Assembly (NCBI GenBank): GCA_963693365.1 | Contig: CAVNZM010000004.1 | Coordinates: forward strand, 5,830,564 to 5,894,563 | DNA from: Amoebidium appalachense | Taxonomy: Eukaryota; Protista; Ichthyosporea | Direction: 5' to 3' | Length of the DNA stretch: 64,000 nt | Shown here: piece by piece, positions 42,074 through 56,185 of the stretch | Position numbering within the stretch: position 1 is the stretch's first letter | How the letters are laid out: every line of letters starts with the position of its first letter | The notes under the pieces: generated by a model | Seen by the model: the letters and a program-made list of their open reading frames with translations, nothing else | What the model was told of the DNA's origin: nothing | The model's database searches: none | Program-made: the position numbers and the translations under genes

Positions 42074-44993
42074 GAATCTATGGGACACAGGGATTCTTTC
42101 CAAGGCCCCGCCACCCGATTCTTCTCTCTCCCCGCTTTCCCGCAGCTCCCCATTCTAGCTTGGGCTCTGCAGTCTGACGGCCCAGTCCAAAGGCCTTAGG
42201 TGGTCTAACGGAACAAATGGACATATGGTTAATGTGGCAAAAAGGATGATGGAAGTTGGAGGGTGGTAGGGATGTGTGAGTTAATCGCAACTTAGTAGTC
42301 CTAGAATAATGTTGGGTGTATGTTTAGGTGAGAACGGCACCAATGTCAGAAAACACAGTGGGCAGAAGGCAAATAGAGGGTGGTGGTGGTGGTGAAGGAG
42401 GGGCCCCGGGGGGGGGGGGGGGGTCAACCATTGGTAGGTAAGCTCAGCCAGTGAAGGGTTGGGGAAGGGGGACCTGGGGAGGAGAAGGAGTCTGACAGGT
42501 GCTGGGCACGGTACAGGGGCGGCTACGGACAGCATGGTAGGCCCCCACAGCACTGTACAATTGGGTTGGTCTGGTTGGGTGCTGATGGTGGCTAAAGGCT
42601 GCACACAGGCACAGCCACAGGCAGGCTGTCCAGCATGAAGCCCAACCTGCAGAACGTCCATGCAAGCACCATCGTATGCAGCACAAACTGGTGAACACAC
42701 CCTGGGCATGTGGCTGGGGGCGGGGGGAGGGGGGAGGGGGGGGGGGGGGGGGGGGAGGCTGGTGCTGATATCGGGGCAGGGAGAGCACGGGCAGTGGCAA
42801 GGGCCAGCAGGCAGCGGCAGACCCAGAGGTGGCCATAAGGGATGCGTTCAGATCGGCACCGGGCATGGTGTTTGTCAGTGCAGGCACGTGCATGCATGGG
42901 GGGACAGTGGGGGGTGTGTGTGGGTGCTGACAGGGTAACAGACTACAGCGAGGTCGAGGCCCGCATCCTGGCCCACCTGTGTGAGGTGAGCACTGGCTGG
43001 GGGGGAGGGGGGGGTGGGGGGAAGAGGGGGGAATGAAGGATATATACTCTTGTCACGTGATTACATGATATGTACACAAACGCGTGCATGCATGTGAATG
43101 TCTTGTCGGACTCAGGTATGTGTATTGACCTTTTGAACCAATAGCGGCAAAGATGAATAGTAACTGGGCACATCAAACTATTAGATTCAGTACGGCATTT
43201 TTGGAATTCATCCGGTTGGATTCCTACACTGTGGCTGCAGAGTACATTGGACACCAGCCAGAAGACCACTGCACACGGATTGCATGCAGGACAAACATCA
43301 GAAACATCGAGCATGGGGATAGAATGTGTCTATGCGGATCGGAGCACGTGCCCAAGATATTTCAGCAGGTTGCACACACGTGCTCATGTGTTATTTGTGC
43401 AGGACACGGAGCTACAGCAGATGCTAGCGGCATCCACGGGGGTGGGGCTGACCTTCTTCCACCACCTTGCTGCACACTGGTAAGTGGCCCACTAGATAGT
43501 TATGATTGGCTGGTCCCTGTGGTGTGCTCATGCACAGGGCACATGCAGGATGCAGGTGCCTGTGAACATGGTGACACAGAGGCAGCGGGACTGTGCCAAG
43601 AAGACCTTCTACAGTGTGGTCTACGGCATAGGTGTGTGTGCCTGTAGGCGCATGGTGTGCCATGGGGGGGTGCTGATACAAGCACGTGCGCACACAGGGG
43701 CATTCTCATTGGCAGGGGTGCTTGAGATCAGCCAGCAGGAGGCCCAGGCCCACATCGACAGCCTGCTGAGTGCGTGGCATAGTGCATGCCTGTGCTGTGC
43801 CTGCACGTGTGTGTGTGTTTGTGTGTTGTGCCTGTATGTGTGTGTGTGGTGTGCCTGCATGTGTGTGTGTGTTGTGCCTCCATGTGTGTGTGTGCTGTGC
43901 CTGCGCGTGTGGGTGCTGTGCCTGCACCGTGTTTCTGACGGTTGCTGCAGAACGCTATCCCCGGATCAAGCAGTGGATTAGCAGCACCCTTGCCCGCTGC
44001 CGCCAGTCCGGTGGGTGGCCACCTATCCGGTGCATGCATGTACATGTCCGTGCTGCCTCCCTGGGCCAGCCACTAACCGTGCCCACGGCGGAACCCACAG
44101 GGCGGCTGTTCTCGCTGTGTGGGCGCATGCGCAAGTTCCCCAACATCAGGTCACAGGACAAGAACGTACGTCAACATGCCGAGCGAGCTGCCCTTAACTT
44201 TGTGGTGCAGGGTGGGTGCTACAAGTAGTATACTGGAAGGGAGACATGGGGGGGTGGGGAGAGGGGGGAGGGGGGGGGATAAGGGGAGGATCTGACATGG
44301 GTGCGTAGGCACTGCTGCCGACATCATCAAGCGGGCCATGTGCAACATGGAAAAGAGGGTGCCTACAGACCCCAACCTCACCTCAGCAAGGTACCACAAC
44401 CAATCCCCCACCCCCCCCAAAAAAGAAACACACACACATCCAATCCAAATTCACCTCCATAATTTGCACGGGCCACCCTTGGGTCACTCTGGGTATACCC
44501 ACATGCTCTGGGTCTAGACACAACGATGTGCGCTTAAGCATCTGCCGGTATGGGTGGTGCTGACATTATTTCTTTGCTGCAGGCTGCTGCTACAACTACA
44601 CGATGAGCTGGTCTACGAGGTGCATGAGGCCCGGGCCCCGGCCCTAATAGGTACGTGTCCTGCTGCCTGCTGCATTCAGTGTCCGTGCCCGAGGGGTTGG
44701 CCATGGCCCACTGTGTGGGCTGCATGGAGATCACGGGCACTAATACGTATACACAGGGAGGGAAAGGTCTGGGTGGGAAGGGTCGGGGGGAAGAGGGTGT
44801 GGGTATCAGGAACACGTGTGGGGCACGGTCTGTAGCGTGCTGACATGTGGGAGCAGGGCTGCTGCACGAGGTGATGCCGCAGGTGTGCCCTGAGCTGAGG
44901 GTGGGGCTGGTGGTCAAGACCAGCAGCGGCTCATCGTGGCACAGCATGGCCCCCGCACCCCCCCCACACCACTACCTGCCCAGCGCCGCATAG
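37213..44993 (+). CDS. POLN: Family-A DNA polymerase, polymerase nu-like, ~24 exons; true start not resolved (may extend to ~36440-36800)
   Basis: DVHVAGWLLDSD, LEMQLVPVLAAMEGHGI, TGTATGRLSSMKPNLQN, motif A SADYSEVEARILAH, motif B RDCAKKTFYSVVYGIG, AERAALNFVVQGTAADIIK, motif C LLLQLHDELVYEV; no helicase domain seen; stop TAG 44991-44993. Confidence 0.8.
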
Positions 44994-45389
44994 GCTCACA
45001 CTAATAGCAACACTGGCTGGCAGTCGGTGCATGTGCATGCAAATGTATGATATTGGTGTACTGGGTGCTCACGAACCAGCGCCTGTGCTGGTCACAGAGT
45101 AGAATAGAGTTGCCACACAAACGAATGCAGGGCCATATGGGCCCACATGGCCACTTACAATCTACCAGAGTGCCTGGCGGCCGTCATGGTCTAAACCACA
45201 ATGCCGCGCACAAGTGCTCGCTCAGATATTAGCAACCCCTCCCCCCCCCCTCCCTCAACCCACCCACCCACCCCACCCACCCACGCCTTTCTGGCACGAG
45301 TATTTATTTTAAAACCAGTATGGCGCATTGCATATTTGTCCTCACACTCACACTGTTTATTTGCATCCCTCTGCCGCCTCTTGCACCAC

Positions 45390-46251
45390 TCAGTGGCTGG
45401 CCTTTGCCTGCTTGGCCACCTCCATTCGTCGCAGGTACCTGCCAGCCCGTGTCAGTGCACTGTGTCTGTGCGCCCACGGCTATCACACAGCCACATAGTG
45501 CCCGGCCATACATAAGGCATAGGCGCAAGCCCATGGGGATACCACATGGGCAAAAGGTGTACATTGCCACAAGCGTAACATGTGTCAATGTGTGTGCGCA
45601 CGTACAAAACCCCTGTGTTATGTGTCTGCAGGTTTGCCTGAGCGCATGCGTGGGATCTTGGCCAAGCGAGTATGGGTTGCTGGGGTGGTGTGAAGTAAAG
45701 TGTGTGGGCGGGCATGCATATGTGGGTGGGTGGATGTCTACGTGGTGTGTGTGGGTGAAAGTGTGCGCATACATGTATGCATGTGTGTGAGAAGGCACAT
45801 CCTATCCAAGTGCACACCCAACCTTGATTTGCATGCTATCACATTGTGAGCGTGTGCGCATGTGCACGTGTCTTTCTCTTTTCCTCTCTCTCCCTCATTG
45901 GGTCTGAGATTCTCCCCCCGTCTTTCTCTCACTATCTCTCTCACTGCGTGGGTGTATTTGTGTCTCTCTCTGTGTGTCTGTGGGTGCGAGCGTATGGGTG
46001 TCATGTGTGTGCGTTCTTCTCTGTCCATGTGTGTGTACACGTATACATAGGCAATGCGATGGGTGTACCCCTTGGCATGCATGCATGCATGCATGTGTGT
46101 GTGTGTACCAGCCTTCTCTGCCCTATTTCAGCACTGCATTGGCATGGTGTGCGTATGGACATATTTCTAACAGCCAGCTGTATTGTGCTTGCATGTGTTG
46201 TTGTGTGCTGCTTGTATAACGTATCTGATGGTGTCCGGGCAAAAATGTATA

Positions 46252-46315
<64 letters not shown>

Positions 46316-46653
46316 TATTGCTGCTTGCATGTCCTGTGCAATTATGGCTGCTGCTTTGCCACAGCTGTCAGCGTCAGTTATCTCATAGGTCCATACATAT
46401 GCTTGGCATTGTACCGTGATTGGTGCTATATCTTTGTGCACGAGCATATGTGTTCGTCTGGTTATGTGTGTGTGCTTGTAAATGTGTGCACCATATCTGT
46501 GTTTGCTCACTCTCCTTTCGTAGAGGCCTCGGGTTACTGCAGAGGTGCATGTGGGGTTATGTGCATGTGTGTGCGCGTACATATGCATGTGAGGGTGAGC
46601 ACACGCACGTGTGTGTGTGTGTGTGTGGGGGGTATGTATGTGGTGTGCGTGTA

Positions 46654-46702
<49 letters not shown>

Positions 46703-48262
46703 CGCATGTATGCCCTACCAGAGGGGCTGCGAGAGAGCCACCTCCCAATCCCCATTTCCCCCTGCTGCACGCAGAGTACGAATGTGTGTGTGCCCGTGTA
46801 TGGGCTTCGTGCATTCATGCGACCCCGTGTCTTCGTGTGTTTGTGTGTGTAGGTCAAACATATTGGGGCTGAGGTTGTTACATGTGTGTGTGTTTTATCT
46901 GTCTACATGAGCATGTGCATATCACTGCCTGCGTATGGGGCCACCTACTCCTCGTACTCGCACTTTTCGTAGGCGTGCCTCTCGTCGGTGCACTTCCAGG
47001 GCTTGTAGCCGGTGGCCTGCCGGCACTCGTTGAGGGGCAGCAGCAGCGTCACACAGGCGTCCCGCAGCTGCAGGGGAATCTTGGCCGCCTGCATCTCGGC
47101 ATGCGTCGTGGGGATTTCTGCACACACACACGTTAGCTGCTGGCAGGGGAAGAGCGGGGCGGGGGAAGGGGGGAGGGGGCGGGGCGGGGGAGGCCCTATA
47201 TCCGCTCGTCAGTGGATGGGTGCAAACTGCTGTACAGACTGAGGCAAGAGTGAGGCAAGGTACTGCACAGAAGGCGCGACCACCCCTGAGAGGGGAGTAC
47301 AAAAAAGTTCATGCCATTGCCTCCCCTCACCCCCCCCCCCCCCCCCCCCCCCCCCCCACATACACACACACACCACAACCACCACCAGCAAACACACACA
47401 CACACACCCAGAAAAATATCAATCATAACACCACCGCCTAGGGTAGAGCAATGCCTGCAGCCACACACACACAGGCCGTATCTGCCACCCAGCAAGGTGC
47501 CCACAGACCCCGCTTGTAGTGCTATGTTCTAACCCATGTCCCGTTGCAACACCCCTCCCTTTCATGTTCCACCCCAGTGTGTGTCTCCTCCCCAACCAGC
47601 CCATGCAGCCCCAAAAGAACGAAGCAGGGCCAGGCCTCCCCACTCCTCCCTCTCCCCTGTTCGTCCAGCTCAACAATCTCTACCTTGCTTACACTTAGTG
47701 AACAAAGAACATGCACACAGGCACACAGGCACACGCACGCACACACGCACGCACACACGTACGCATGCACACACGGAGGGAGAGCATGAGGGGAGTGAGA
47801 GAGTGAGGGAGGGACACACATCATGCAGACACAAGGGGAACCACAAACCGACACACCCACACACCTACACACACGCACACGCACCCATGCACGCACATGC
47901 ATGTTGACAGACGCCAAAAAAATGTTTCCTGCTTTTAGTGTGCAGATTGCCCCACCCGTGCACACCCAGGGGCTGCACACGAGTCTATCGGTGCACTTGC
48001 TGTGTGCGCTGTGTGTGCAAGTGGTGGTTGGGCTGGGACAGGCCCTGTGTATATCAGTATAGAGTGAAAGGTGCAAGTGTACGTGTATGTGCGTGCCCCT
48101 CTGTCTCCTGGCTTGATAATTCACTAGTCTCTCCCCGGTGTAACAAGCACCAACGCTTCCTCCTTCCTCCGAGCAAAAAAAAAAAGGGGAAAAAAAAAAA
48201 AAAAAAAAAAAAGGAAAAAGGGAGGAAAAAAACGCACCCCTGCCGTCCGGAAGTGTCGTCAT
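45390..48262 (-). CDS. NDUFB7: NADH dehydrogenase 1 beta subcomplex subunit 7 (B18), 3 exons
   Basis: Exons 48262-48238, ~47117-46948, 45438-45390: MTTLPDGREIPTTHAEMQAAKIPLQLRDACVTLLLPLNECRQATGYKPWKCTDERHAYEKCEYEEYLRRM; twin CX9C. Confidence 0.93.
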
Positions 48263-48844
48263 TTTCTGTGTGTGGGTTGGGGGTGTGTGTGGTCTGTTCC
48301 CTGCGTCTCACGTCTGTGCCTGCACACGCACAACCGCTGCTGCCACCACCCTGTGTGCCTTCAAGCCGCAGACAGACACACAGCCACACCCTGGCCCTGA
48401 GGTTCCAGCCCTGCTTAGATTGTAAAGGGTGGGTTGACCCTCATGTCTGTTTGCGCAATCCCATTTGCCGCCAGTTTTACTTCAGATCAAAACTGAGACT
48501 CCCTTAGTCGCTTTAGTACCCAACAAAATCAAGAGTCACGTTAGCTAAGTACCTCAAAAAGGTTGCAGTCAAGAATAAATAAACAGCACGCTACCAGGCT
48601 GCACAACCGATGAGGCTAACTGTCAGCCTCAGCTCCACTGTAGTTGTGACCCCCTCAGCTCCAGGGTCACGTGCACGCAGCAGTAGTGGCCGCAGGACAC
48701 AGGCACAGTCGGTGGTGGCGTGGACCTTATGTGCCTGGAGTCACGCTCGAGTCCTTGACGGTGTTACCCGGGGTGGCACGGCACACACAGCCACGACGGT
48801 GGCCCACCACCCTCCTCTCAGCTCCCCCTCTTACTTTCGTTACA
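48263..48844. promoter_or_regulatory. Putative bidirectional promoter NDUFB7/ZCRB1
   Basis: 582 bp between divergent ATGs; GTCACGTG at 48666-48673 and two further GAGTCACG motifs. Confidence 0.55.
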
Positions 48845-49081
48845 ATGAGCAACGGGCTGGCGCCCAGCAAGTCGACGGTGTACTTCAGTAACTTCTCGTT
48901 CGACCTGACAAACAATGACCTGCACACACTGTTTGAGAAGTACGGCAAGGTCGTCAAGTAGGGCCCCCTGACACACACGCTCTCGCACGCGCGTGCGCAC
49001 CCCACACCCACACACATACGTGCTTGCACGCACGTGCGTACACGCAAGCACACACACGCGCGCACACACACACACGCACAC

Positions 49082-49130
<49 letters not shown>

Positions 49131-50357
49131 AACCCACACATGATAGTCCAACTCGTACCACGTGCCCTTACACCTGCTCATGCGCACAAGCTGACCCATT
49201 CACGACCACACACACACTGTGACCACACACACCCACCACACGCTCCTGTCCACGTCACAGCCCCTCCGCACCCACTTGCAACCCCTCCGCACCCGCTCTG
49301 CTACCACTATGCACCAGTTCTGTTCTGCAACCCCCTGTTTGAATCCTGCAGTGGGCTTTTCAAACATGTCCTTCACACAGCTATTTCAGTTTGTTAGCTG
49401 AGCTTTCCTCTCACTTGCTGCCTCTGTCTCTAAGCCAGCCCCCACCCCTCACCCCCCAAAAAAAACAAGAAAAAAAAAAAAAGAAAAGAAAAGAAAAAAC
49501 AACCCCTGCACCTCCCACCCCTCTTCCGAACCTTCGCTTCGCCTTCCCCCCTGGTCCCCCCTGGCCCCTGCGCTGACCCCCCCCCCCCCCCCCCCCCTTT
49601 TTTTTTTTTTTTTTTGGTACACACAACAACACCCACACATTCTCTTTTCATCGCGTCTCTCTGTATTTATTTCTCCTTTTTTTTGTCTCCTTTTTTTTCA
49701 GACCTTCCTTTTTCGTGGCCAGTCATTTTTCTCTCTTCGACGAGCGTCCGCCCCCCCCCCCCCCCCTCCCCCCCCCCCCCTCTCTTTCTGTGTTTACCCC
49801 TACCCCACCACCCCGGTGCCTGTCTATTGCCTGCCCTTTTGCTACAGTACCAAATGCTAGTCGTAGTGCCACCCACCCACAGCAAACACAGCCCCCCTGT
49901 GTGCTTCTTACCCGGCTCTCTGTGTGTGCTAACATACTACGCAGGGTGACGATAGTGCGTGACCCTGTGACGCGCAAGAGCAAGGGCACAGCCTTTATTC
50001 AGTTTCTGGACCGGGCTGGTGCCCTTGCGGCTGTGAGGGCACTGGAGGGCACCGAGTTGCTGGGCAGGAAGGTGCGCTGCAGCATAGCAAAGGACAATGG
50101 CAGGGCCGCAGAGTTCATACGAAGAAGAACTTACACAAAGGCAAACGTGTGCTTCGAGTGCAAGGTGCGTTACCAGGGAGGGAAGGAGAGGGGGGGGAGG
50201 GGGGGGGGGGGGGGGGGGGGGGGGATCCAAGGGCCGGGGACTAGCATGTGCTACACGAGAGACCTTCCCTCGGGAGAGAGAGAGGTGGGAGGGGAGGGGG
50301 AGGGGGGGGGGGGGAGAGAGAGAGAAAGAGGAAGGGGCAGGGTTTTTTTTTTTTTTT

Positions 50358-50388
<31 letters not shown>

Positions 50389-51082
50389 GGATGGGGTGGG
50401 GGTCGATGTGGGGTTTCGTTGGGCTTCGTGTCAACGTAGCTGGTGTGGGTGTTGGGGCATGCTGTTGAGAAAGAGGGAGGTGGGAGAGTGACCCTGTTCC
50501 TGCATGAAGTCTAATGTGGTGCCCACAATGTGCTTATCATGGCAGGCCCTTGGTTAGTGACGGAGCAAAGAGGAGAGGGGGAAGTGGGAGGGCAGGGGGT
50601 GGGGGGGGTTTTCACCATAGGTTAGGGGGGTGGGCTTAACCCATAGGTTCCACTAGAGTTTGCTTCCATTGGACCATTCAAGTGCACCATGTAGAATGCA
50701 TGGGGCCAGTGTGCATGGCTATGTGCACTGCACAGTCAAATCGGTGCTCAGCCATGTACCCTGCAGGAGTCGGGCCACCAGAGCTATGAGTGCCCCAAGA
50801 ACATGTTCGGCACCAGAGAGAAGCCCCAGAAGCCCCCAAAGAAGAGGCCTAGGTGGGTGCCTGTGTGTGCCCATGTATGAGGTGGTGGTTTGGGGGGATG
50901 GATGGAGCAAAACGCTTGCAGGGATGGTTGGCCTTGTTGCCTGGGCCAATGGGCGGGACCATGACCCAGTGCTATGCACGGGGTTGTGTGCTTGTGGGCT
51001 AGGATATGCCCTTCATTAATCTGTCACCTGCTCTGCCTGCTTGTTTGTATTTTCGGCGGGGTTTTAAATGGGAGAAGAAAGA

Positions 51083-51120
<38 letters not shown>

Positions 51121-51295
51121 AGGGTTGGATGTTCGTGCAGGTGTACGGTTAATGGATTTTTGGTCGACACTGTGCATATAGGTGATGTCACACCCACCTG
51201 CTCCTCCCCCCCCCCCCTCCCCCCATGTGTGGCTTGCACTCCTCTGCATTGTATTGTCCGTTGTGAATGCGTTTTTCGTATTGCATAACACGTTC

Positions 51296-51330
<35 letters not shown>

Positions 51331-51529
51331 CAACCCCCCCCCCCCCCCCCCTCCCTCCTTCCTTTCCAGGCATGATGATGGTGACGGGGACACATCCAGG
51401 AGCTGGCACTCTGACCATGACAGCAGTGGCCCAGACAGCCCCCCAAGACCCGTGGCCCCACCAGCCAAGAGGAACATTGGCCAGGTCAGGCAGAGTGGCT
51501 ACTTCTCGGATGAGGATGGTAGCGACTAG
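48845..51529 (+). CDS. ZCRB1: Zinc finger CCHC-type and RNA-binding motif protein 1 (U11/U12 snRNP 31K), 4 exons
   Basis: Exons 48845-48957, 49945-50164, 50767-50852, 51370-51529: [16 protein letters not shown]...YGKVVKVTIVRD...[16 protein letters not shown]...[17 protein letters not shown]...GYFSDED. Confidence 0.95.
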
Positions 51530-52531
51530 GGGAGGGGGAGAGGGGGGAGGTATATGAATGGGTGGATGCATGAATGCGGGTGCGGGGCATTTATGTGGCA
51601 TGAATGGTGTACTCCCGTGTAGACGCCTAGGCCTGTAAGGGGGTATGGGCCTGAGGGCGGGGGGTATGTGTGGGGCATGAATGCAAATGGTCTTCTATAG
51701 GAGCTCGAATGGTCTTAGGGGCACTACATTACAAGAAAGTGTTCACATGAAATTCAATGCACCTGCTTGCTGTGGCAATCTGCACTGGTGGCCAGGCTGA
51801 GCCTGAGTGAGATCATGTGTGGCACTGCTGTGTATGGCATGAAATTAAGGTGGAATCATGTGAGGCTATGGGGCATCCTGGTGGTTGGCGCCAACGGCAA
51901 TTGCACCGGACGGGGCATGAAGGCAGACAACACCCACACATCCACCCGCTAACCCAGGCCATTACCAGACACACGTGCACACGCACACACGTGTTGGCAA
52001 AAAAAAAAAAAAAAAAAGAGGGGGGGGGGGGGGGGGGGGGGTTACATGTGTGTGATCGTGTGTGGGAGGGGGTGGGGAGGGGTAGTGTATGACTTTGACC
52101 CCACTTCCTGAAGCATGCTCAATTGCGCACTTTGCGTGCGGTGCACTTACACCAATGCCAGACAGCACTACCAGCAGACAGGATATGTACACGTGTAAAC
52201 ACACAGCCACAGTATAGCATACACCTTCACCTGCCCCCGTATACCCACCACCCACCACGTAATAGTGTGCACTCTTGGCCCCCAGGGGTACCGAATTAAT
52301 GCACACGGCACAGCAGGTATGTGTCTGGACTGCAGGCACAGCCCCAGCCAGTCTGTATATGTACAAGATGAAGTCAGGCCCGGCTGCCACTGGCGCCTAC
52401 TCATACATTCCGTGTGTGTGTGTGTGTATGGTACCCCCGTGTGTCTGTGTGTTTGTGTGTGTGTGTGTGTGTGTGCGTGTGTGTGTGTGGGTATTCGTGC
52501 ATATGTGTGTGTGTGTGTGTGCATGCGTGTG

Positions 52532-53548
52532 CTATGCGTCGAGGAAGTTAGCAGCCAGCAGCAGCTCGACACAGCACTCGGGCTCGATGCTGAACTCTGG
52601 TATGTCCTGGGTACTGTTCGCATAGCGCACCTTGTAGTAAAAGTAGCGGCACACCTTCTCCAGGATGTGGCTCTGGATCTCCCGGAACAAGATCGTGTTG
52701 GTCTCGTTCTCGCTGAACTGCCCTGCAATCCCAACGCCCACTCAGATCACCGCAGTGATAGTCCTATAACATTTGTAAGGATAGCTACAAGGTGGGGAAA
52801 GAGCGGCAGTACTCATGGTGGTGATCGTGGGTGTGTGTGGTGGTGATCGCGTGCGCGTGAGCGCGTGTGTACGTGTGTGTGTGTGTGTGTGTGTGTGTAC
52901 GCGCGTGCGCGCGTGTATGTGTGTGTGTCTGTGTGTGTGTGCCTTCTGTCTGCGTGAAAAGGGCAAAGGAGTGGGGTGGGGGTTTGGGGGGGGGGAAGGG
53001 GGATCGTGTGACCCTGCTGCATTCCGTAAATCATTGTATCTTATCTGGACGGAGAAGCGGAGGGGGGAGGGGAGAAGGTATATGATGTAAACAATAAACA
53101 CCACTGCACTAGAGTCGTGGCATACGCTCCTATGCTCAACCCACCGCTCCCCCGTCTACCCAAACACACCTTATCTTTTTACCCCCGCCTCCCAGATCCT
53201 CCCTTCCCCCCCCCCCCCCCCCCCCCCCCCTTCCCCCTTCCCATCCTCCCACACCAACCCTTTATTCTACAAGCCTCCCCCCCCCCCCACTCCCGGTCCC
53301 CATCTCTCTCTCTGTCTCCCCCCCCCCCCCCTCCCCCCCACCGGCCCCCCACCCCTCCTCCCCTGCACGTAAAACAAACGGACACACCCTTGCATGCTCT
53401 CTGCCGTTTCTGCTCTCCTTCCTGCACGGACTTTACCCTTCCCCCACCTACCCGTTGGTGCCGATACCCCCCCCCCCCCCCCCCTTCCCCCCAAACCCTC
53501 ACCAAACAAAACTTCCCTTCAGCTCGCACCGTAACAAACCGTTCTGTC

Positions 53549-53596
<48 letters not shown>

Positions 53597-53895
53597 CCGC
53601 CGCCGCTTCTCCCACCCGTCACACATACAAAAGCGCCACTCATCGTACGAAAAGCAGTATACGTCTACACCTCCACACACAGAAACACGCAAGCCCTTCA
53701 GACAGTTCCCACACTGACCCCCTTCATAGCCCTCCCCCCTCCCCCCACAGCCCCCCCCCCCCCCTCCCCACCTGGGCCGGACAGCATGGACTTGATAGTG
53801 CCGGAGACCATGGCACACTTGCGGCTGACTATGAACTCGTGGCCGTCAGAGCTGGTCAGCTTGACATACTGCCGCGTGTCATCATCGTCCGCCAT
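52532..53895 (-). CDS. ELOC: Elongin C, 2 coding exons (probably further 5' UTR exons near 55220-55380)
   Basis: Exons 53895-53772 and 52722-52532: [14 protein letters not shown]...[20 protein letters not shown]...[22 protein letters not shown]...[11 protein letters not shown]. Confidence 0.96.
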
Positions 53896-54023
53896 GGCTG
53901 TGGGTGGGTGGGCGGGTGGGTGTGGGGGTGGGTGGGTGGGTGCAATGGGGGTGCAGGGGTACGTGTGTGTGTGTGGTGTGTGTGTGTGAGTGTGTGTGTG
54001 TGTGTGGGTGTGTGGGTGTGGGT

Positions 54024-54072
<49 letters not shown>

Positions 54073-54075
54073 TGG

Positions 54076-54134
<59 letters not shown>

Positions 54135-54358
54135 GGTGGGTGGGTGGGTGAGGGGTGGGTGGGATGAAGGTGTAGGGGCATGTGTGCAGGGTTGTGTGTG
54201 TGCATGTGCTTCACTCTTGTATGTCTCCTTTCTTTCTCCCTGTGTGCGTGTGTGTGTGTGTTTCTGGGGATGTATGTGTACACGCCTCTATGTATGTATG
54301 TGTGTGGATGTGGTCGTGATGCTCACGCTTTGTGAACCTGTCTTACTGTGTGTATAAA

Positions 54359-54395
<37 letters not shown>

Positions 54396-54399
54396 ACAC

Positions 54400-54485
<86 letters not shown>

Positions 54486-55439
54486 ATGTGTCCGTGCGTG
54501 TCCGTGTGTATGGTGTGTGCATGTGTCCGTGTGTATTTGTGTGTGTGTGAATGTGCATGCCTGTGTTGTGCGTGTATGTGTGCGTTTTGAGTATGTGTGT
54601 CCTAGCAGGTTACCACTTTGTGTGCGCCGCCTCCCTTTTTTCCTGTCTGGGTGTGCAAATATCTCTCTCCTAGTGTGCAAAAAATGCTCTCCATTTGCTT
54701 GTGTGTGCGTGTTTGTCCCCTTGCTTCTGTGTGTGTATGCCCGTAAGCTTGTGTCCCTGTGTGCACGTGTCGTTGTGTGTTAGCCTTGTGCGTGTATTTC
54801 ATGTTCAGTCAAATGTGATTGTCCGAGTGCCTGGCTGCAAGAGTACGTGTGCCCTAGTGTATCCAAGTGTGTTATTCTCCTTGAACACTCACGTGAAACC
54901 CCCCCCCCCCCCCCCCTCCCCACCCCCCCCCCCCCCCCCCCAAAAAAAAAAAAATCTCTCCCTCCTCTTTCAGCCTTCCCGTCTCTTCCAGCGCAACTCA
55001 AGCTTTTCTCGGCCCGAAAAATCTGTTTGTGTGGACGTTCATTGTGTTTGTGTGCACCCGCCGACACATGTGTGCTTGTGAACGTGTGTGAAAGGAGTCT
55101 AAAGCAGATGCGTAAAAGGAAAAGTTGATCCTTGACGCCCACTGAAAACGCTGCCACGCACGCCCACGCCAAGCACAAAAGAGCTCCAAACCCAGCCATA
55201 ACACTGTCACACACGCACCTGCTTGCTGGATCTCTCAGTCGGATGGGTCTAGGTGTCTGTGTGTTGTGAGGCTGTGCCTGTTTGAAACTCAGCCCTACGC
55301 CGGCCACTACCTTGCCAAGTCAACTAGACTCACTTAAAGGTTCTGGTATTGCAGTGTAGCAACTATTCCGTAACACTGTTTACTCCTTGCTCCCTTGCAC
55401 AAAAATGATGAGAAACACAGGCACTGGAGTTGGGTGGCT

Positions 55440-55620
55440 CAGGCGTATAGCCTATATGCGCCATGTATGGCACTGTCGATGACGTCAGCAGACTGAAAAA
55501 TCAACAACATCGAAACCGATTGGATAGCCGGGATTTTCGTAGATGTACGTATATATACCTAACACGTACTGACGTGTTGCCGCACGTGCGACGTTTTAAC
55601 ATCTACTCAGGCGTCCCTTT
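55440..55620. promoter_or_regulatory. Putative ELOC promoter
   Basis: CpG-rich patch with TGACGTCA 55480-55487, ATTGG at 55519, TGACGT and CACGTG, like the other promoters in the window. Confidence 0.5.
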
Positions 55621-56142
55621 TAAGTAAAAAAAAAAAAAAAAAAAAAAAAGAAAGGAGACACCGCCTCAGTAGGTGGTAGTAGATATACCAGGCAGCCAGG
55701 TTTGTGCCCCTCCGGCCTCGACTATATAAACCCAACCACACAGGAACACAACTAAATATAATGGTAGATCCATATGCCACAGTAAAGAGCTCATTACCTG
55801 ATAGCGCTATAGTTTGGGCTCATAAATGTACACACGGCTGCAGGTGTGGCTCTGGAAACGCTGCTTCGTCTGGTCAGATTATATGTATATTAATTGGTGG
55901 TGCCGGTAGGTGTCGTAATCACGTGTTGATATACACTTCTAGTAAATTACCTTTCCCGAGTCTTCATATAACCATGGCCACTATGCACTCCTTAGTCCAC
56001 CACCAACACAAGAACCCACCACATTAAATGAAATTTTGCAGAATTGCGCATGGGGTTGTGTGAATTTATGTGTGCACAATGTCATAATGTTATTTGCTCG
56101 CTAATGGTGGTGGTGTCCGGTTACTGTTTTTTTTTTTTTTTT

Positions 56143-56185
<43 letters not shown>

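Noticed and set aside
50615-50660. Hairpin followed by CTAG as a Helitron 3' end
   Set aside because: Hairpin imperfect, CTAG not followed by T, no 5' TC end or second copy identified.
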